Positions 15,950 through 18,950 of a stretch of 18,950 nucleotides of DNA are shown here, in pieces (the stretch's first letter is position 1; each line of letters starts with the position of its first letter). The stretch lies in the NCBI GenBank assembly GCA_021158055.1, contig JAGGVJ010000043.1, forward strand, positions 1-18,950. The letters are read 5' to 3'. The position numbers were made by a program, and so were the translations under genes. This DNA comes from Candidatus Iainarchaeum sp. (GTDB taxonomy: Archaea; Iainarchaeota; Iainarchaeia; JAGGVJ01). Under the pieces are notes generated by a model, which was not told the DNA's origin, searched no databases, and saw only the letters and a list, made by a program, of their open reading frames with translations.

Positions 15950-16142
15950 ATTAAAGCATTTTGTAAAAGCAAGTGCAACACCATTTTAAAGCTAAAAACC
16001 ACCACCCTGAAAGCCAAATAAAAACATATCTTTTTTGCAAAGGTTTTTAAATGTTAAATGCAGTATAGTAAATCCAAAGATTGTATCTTTTTTGCAAAAG
16101 ATTGATCCAACACAATAAAGCCACAAGAAAAGCAATTAGAAG

Positions 16143-16388
16143 GTGATGAAAATGAGCGATATAGAACTGGTTTTCAGGATATTTGGCATCGGTATTGTTC
16201 TTTTTTGCATTTCTTTCCTAGTGCTGGGAATCATGGTTTCATCAGCAATAAACGAAAAACTAACCAACACAATCAACTCACCGATTGATTCAATTATCAA
16301 CACCGCATTAATCACAGAAGAATTTTCAAATTTAAAAAACACACATAGCACAATAGAATTAGAAAAAGATTATTTCCAAAAGAAATAA
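16143..16388 (+). CDS. Small single-TM hypothetical protein (start possibly ATG 16152)
   Basis: AGGTGA SD and one hydrophobic helix. Stop codon lies inside repeat copy 2. Confidence 0.6.
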   Translation: MMKMSDIELVFRIFGIGIVLFCISFLVLGIMVSSAINEKLTNTINSPIDSIINTALITEEFSNLKNTHSTIELEKDYFQKK

Positions 16389-16397
16389 AGTTTTTCC
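16361..16397 (+). repeat. 37-bp double palindrome, copy 2
   Basis: AGAAA-aagatta-TTTCC-aaa-AGAAA-taaagtt-TTTCC then att. Confidence 0.88.
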
Positions 16398-16492
16398 ATT
16401 GAGAACCGGGCCAAAAAACAAGATCTCAAATAAGCTGCAATAAACTGAATTTGAAAGCACAGCAACTGGCTGCAAGGACCGTTCAAATAAAA

Positions 16493-16529
16493 AGAAATAA
16501 ACTATTTCTTATAGAAACAAAGTTTTTCC
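16493..16529 (+). repeat. 37-bp double palindrome, copy 3
   Basis: AGAAA-taaacta-TTTCT-tat-AGAAA-caaagtt-TTTCC. Confidence 0.88.
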
Positions 16530-16726
16530 CTAAAACAATCTTTTGTTTTAGTCAAAAAAATAACGATTGTCAGGTCAAAATTGTGGTTCTAATCAAACAC
16601 ATCAACAAATTTATCACAATTTCTGCAACAACTAAAGTACAAATCACACCATAACAGCCCCCGCTTTGACTATGCCTATTGTATTCTGCAGCTGACACAA
16701 CCTGCCGGATCGCCAGGCAGGCAAAA

Positions 16727-16763
16727 GGAAAAAGTGTGTTTCCTTAAGAAATAAAGTTTTTCC
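16727..16763 (+). repeat. 37-bp double palindrome, copy 4
   Basis: GGAAA-aagtgtg-TTTCC-tta-AGAAA-taaagtt-TTTCC then attaagcatttt. Confidence 0.88.
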
Positions 16764-17011
16764 ATTAAGCATTTTTTGACACCCCGCAACACCAAAATTA
16801 AACAAGAAAATTCAAAAATGCTTTAGTTTGCCTTATCTGAACCGAATAGGAGAGGGGTAATTGGATAAATTTGTGGTTTTTGAAGGGTTTTTTGTTGATC
16901 TTTTTTGAAGGGTTTTTTCGGAAATTTTTTGTGTTTCAATTTTTCCCTGGAATTTTGCTTTGTTTTTTGAAAATTTTCAGTATTTTTTCAGGCTCAAAAA
17001 ATAACCCTATT

Positions 17012-17262
17012 CATATCAAAGTCATATAACTACTATTTTACTATATCAGATTAATGTGTAGTATTTTTTGAGTTGTTTGCGGGAAAAATGTGCTTGTTAT
17101 ATCGAACTAATGTGATGAAAGTATTCTTTGCAGCGGAACCTTGCCTAAATGGGTTGGATAGAGTATTTTAGGGGGAAAATGGGTTAATTCTTATGTTTAC
17201 ATATCGGATTGATGTGAATGGGGTTTTTAGGGGGTTTTGGTGGAACATAGCGGATTGATATA
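17012..17262. repeat. Cluster of five 17-bp degenerate palindromes (about YATATC-N5-RATRTR)
   Basis: 17012 catatcaaagtcatata; 17042 tatatcagattaatgtg; 17098 tatatcgaactaatgtg; 17200 catatcggattgatgtg; 17246 catagcggattgatata. Confidence 0.7.
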
Positions 17263-17340
17263 ATTAGTTACAATCTTCATTTGTAAATCTGAAAAAATAA
17301 ACTAATTAGTATGTCAAACAAATTTAAAAAAATGATTTTT

Positions 17341-18585
17341 TTAATAATTTTTCGCCGGGGGTGTTGTTTTTCCTTCAACAAACAAACCATTTGGCAAAGT
17401 TAATTTAAAAGTGTGACTATTATAATAATCAGAAACTATATGAGAAACTATATGAGAATCTCTACATCTGCTTGTTTTTTTTGTAAAATCAAAAATTAAT
17501 TCTTCACTATTACCTGGATTAATAATATTACCCATAACTTCAAAACAAAGCCTTCCACCCAAATAAAATTTATAAAAACCAGACTTAATACTATCTTGAC
17601 TATTATTTCTTATTAAAATACTTATATAATCAACTTTCAGACTTGTATTAACCAATTTTGAGGAAGGATCCATAACAGCATTAGTATTTCCCACATCTAT
17701 TTTAATGGGCATAAAGGCCGGACAATCTGGTTTACAATTAAGTCTATTTTCTTCTAAATCACAAACACCATCACCACATTTATCAATACATAAGCATTTT
17801 AACTCACTGAATTTTTGATTTTCCTCACAATTTGGAACTGATACGGGATACTCTTTACAACAACCTTCAATATATTCCACATTACAAATATAATCATCTG
17901 TTTTATCACAAACATCTTTACTACATCTATTATTATCATTACAATCGCGATTAGATAGGCACATTATCTGTTTTTTTCCACCACAAACATCAGTTAAATC
18001 TTTGCTATAACCATCAATGTTTGACAACATAAACAACACAATTATTCTTACATCTAAATCTGCAAACTCACTAACTATATTTTGATAACTTCCTTGTAGC
18101 GACCGTTTAACCAGTTTAGATACAGAAAAATTACTTTTTAAAACCACATTGTCTAGTTGTTTTATGTTTTCAATAAAGCCATTTTTCTCTATAATTTCTT
18201 CTTTTTCAACATCAACCACTACTTTATAATCAAAAATATCCTTCCAACTAGTTCCACTGAATTTTACAAAATCATTCATTATGCCAAGTGGTTGAGACTG
18301 CCCAAAATACCCATTTTTATCAACAAGATCATATAACTTACCTTCAGAAACATCAAAATCATAATAAACAACATATGTGGAAACAGTTATCTTTTCAACT
18401 TTTTTATCCAAGTTTATTACAAAAATATTTGGGCAGTTTTTTTCAATTTCCTTGAAAGCAACTAAACTTTTAATTACTCCCAAGTCAGAATCAGCGATAT
18501 CAATTGCTTTTTGTGAGTTTTCATCATTTATACAACCAGCAAAAAAAATAAATAAAATGATTAACAAAGGAAGTATTTTTGACAT
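17341..18585 (-). CDS. Predicted lipoprotein / surface protein with Cys-rich repeats
   Basis: Signal peptide with lipobox-like FAGC, Cys-rich block (C....DC.D.N.C..D.C and CGDGVC...E...NC..DC), beta-rich C-terminus, AT-rich coding. Confidence 0.88.
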   Translation of the reverse strand: MSKILPLLIILFIFFAGCINDENSQKAIDIADSDLGVIKSLVAFKEIEKNCPNIFVINLDKKVEKITVSTYVVYYDFDVSEGKLYDLVDKNGYFGQSQPLGIMNDFVKFSGTSWKDIFDYKVVVDVEKEEIIEKNGFIENIKQLDNVVLKSNFSVSKLVKRSLQGSYQNIVSEFADLDVRIIVLFMLSNIDGYSKDLTDVCGGKKQIMCLSNRDCNDNNRCSKDVCDKTDDYICNVEYIEGCCKEYPVSVPNCEENQKFSELKCLCIDKCGDGVCDLEENRLNCKPDCPAFMPIKIDVGNTNAVMDPSSKLVNTSLKVDYISILIRNNSQDSIKSGFYKFYLGGRLCFEVMGNIINPGNSEELIFDFTKKTSRCRDSHIVSHIVSDYYNSHTFKLTLPNGLFVEGKTTPPAKNY

Positions 18586-18631
18586 GCAATACTATTACAT
18601 TAACACATTTAAAAATTTAGCTAAGCACAAT

Positions 18632-18668
18632 AGAAAAACTTTCTTTCCTAAAGAAAAATATTATTTCC
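18632..18668 (+). repeat. 37-bp double palindrome, copy 5
   Basis: AGAAA-aactttc-TTTCC-taa-AGAAA-aatatta-TTTCC then attaaa. 39/45 identical to 15911-15955 over 18630-18674. Confidence 0.88.
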
Positions 18669-18695
18669 ATTAAATAACTCAAACAATAAACAAAT

Positions 18696-18950
18696 TCATA
18701 TTTCAGGTAGAACATACTTTAAATAAATTTTTTCTTTTGCTTCATACTTCCCATCTTTAGTTCTAACCACAACTTCAACAAAACAGTCGTTTTCAATAAT
18801 TTTTTGTTTACTAATTGATGGCATTCTTAAGAGATATCTTTTTACCCCATTAGGTTTCAAAATAGTAATGTTTTTATCATAGTCTAAACTAAATCCCACC
18901 AATGAATTATCACCAGATTTTTTTTCTTTTTCAGAAACAATACTGTATTC
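18696..18950 (-). CDS. 3' end of a hypothetical protein entering from beyond the window
   Basis: Frame open from 18950 (EYSIVSEKEKKSGDNSLVGFSLDY...) to the stop at 18696. Confidence 0.75.
   Translation of the reverse strand, partial: EYSIVSEKEKKSGDNSLVGFSLDYDKNITILKPNGVKRYLLRMPSISKQKIIENDCFVEVVVRTKDGKYEAKEKIYLKYVLPEI

Noticed and set aside
15913-18668. CRISPR array or canonical integron attC array
   Set aside because: Gaps range from ~95 to ~1870 bp, the repeat cores vary, and there are no RYYYAAC/GTTRRRY ends or long attC stem.
1-18950. tRNA or rRNA genes
   Set aside because: No cloverleaf, T-loop GTTCRA context or rRNA-like sequence recognised by eye. A tRNAscan-SE run would confirm.

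Overview
Archaeal-looking window. TATA-box promoters, GGAG/GGTG Shine-Dalgarno motifs, archaeal ATPase families and Cys-rich surface proteins suggest DPANN, but that lineage is inferred, not proven. Left: 5' part of a secreted surface protein, a hicB plus truncated hicA pair lying between two ~100-bp direct repeats, and a solo-tnpB IS200/IS605 (IS1341-type) element (1623-2892) inserted in the second repeat copy. The uninterrupted first copy gives the empty site, the TAM (TTAT) and the guide, and is itself an 18/20 target whose two mismatches are both TAM-proximal. The tnpB start is frameshifted by a 32-bp tandem duplication, and a second, orphan IS605-type right end lies next to the element. 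Middle: a long, divergent phosphohexomutase, a membrane protein, a CpaF/VirB11 ATPase, a half-size MFS, an unannotated 56-aa ORF, a methanogenesis-marker-9-like protein, serS, two convergent AAA+ ATPase/nuclease-fold genes and a CYTH protein. Right: a gene-poor accessory region with five co-oriented copies of a 37-bp double palindrome (RGAAA-N7-TTTCY-N3-AGAAA-N7-TTTCC) lying between genes, a second 17-bp palindrome family inside a strand-skew-inverted tract, and a Cys-rich lipoprotein. All coordinates and alignments were read by eye and no database searches were run.
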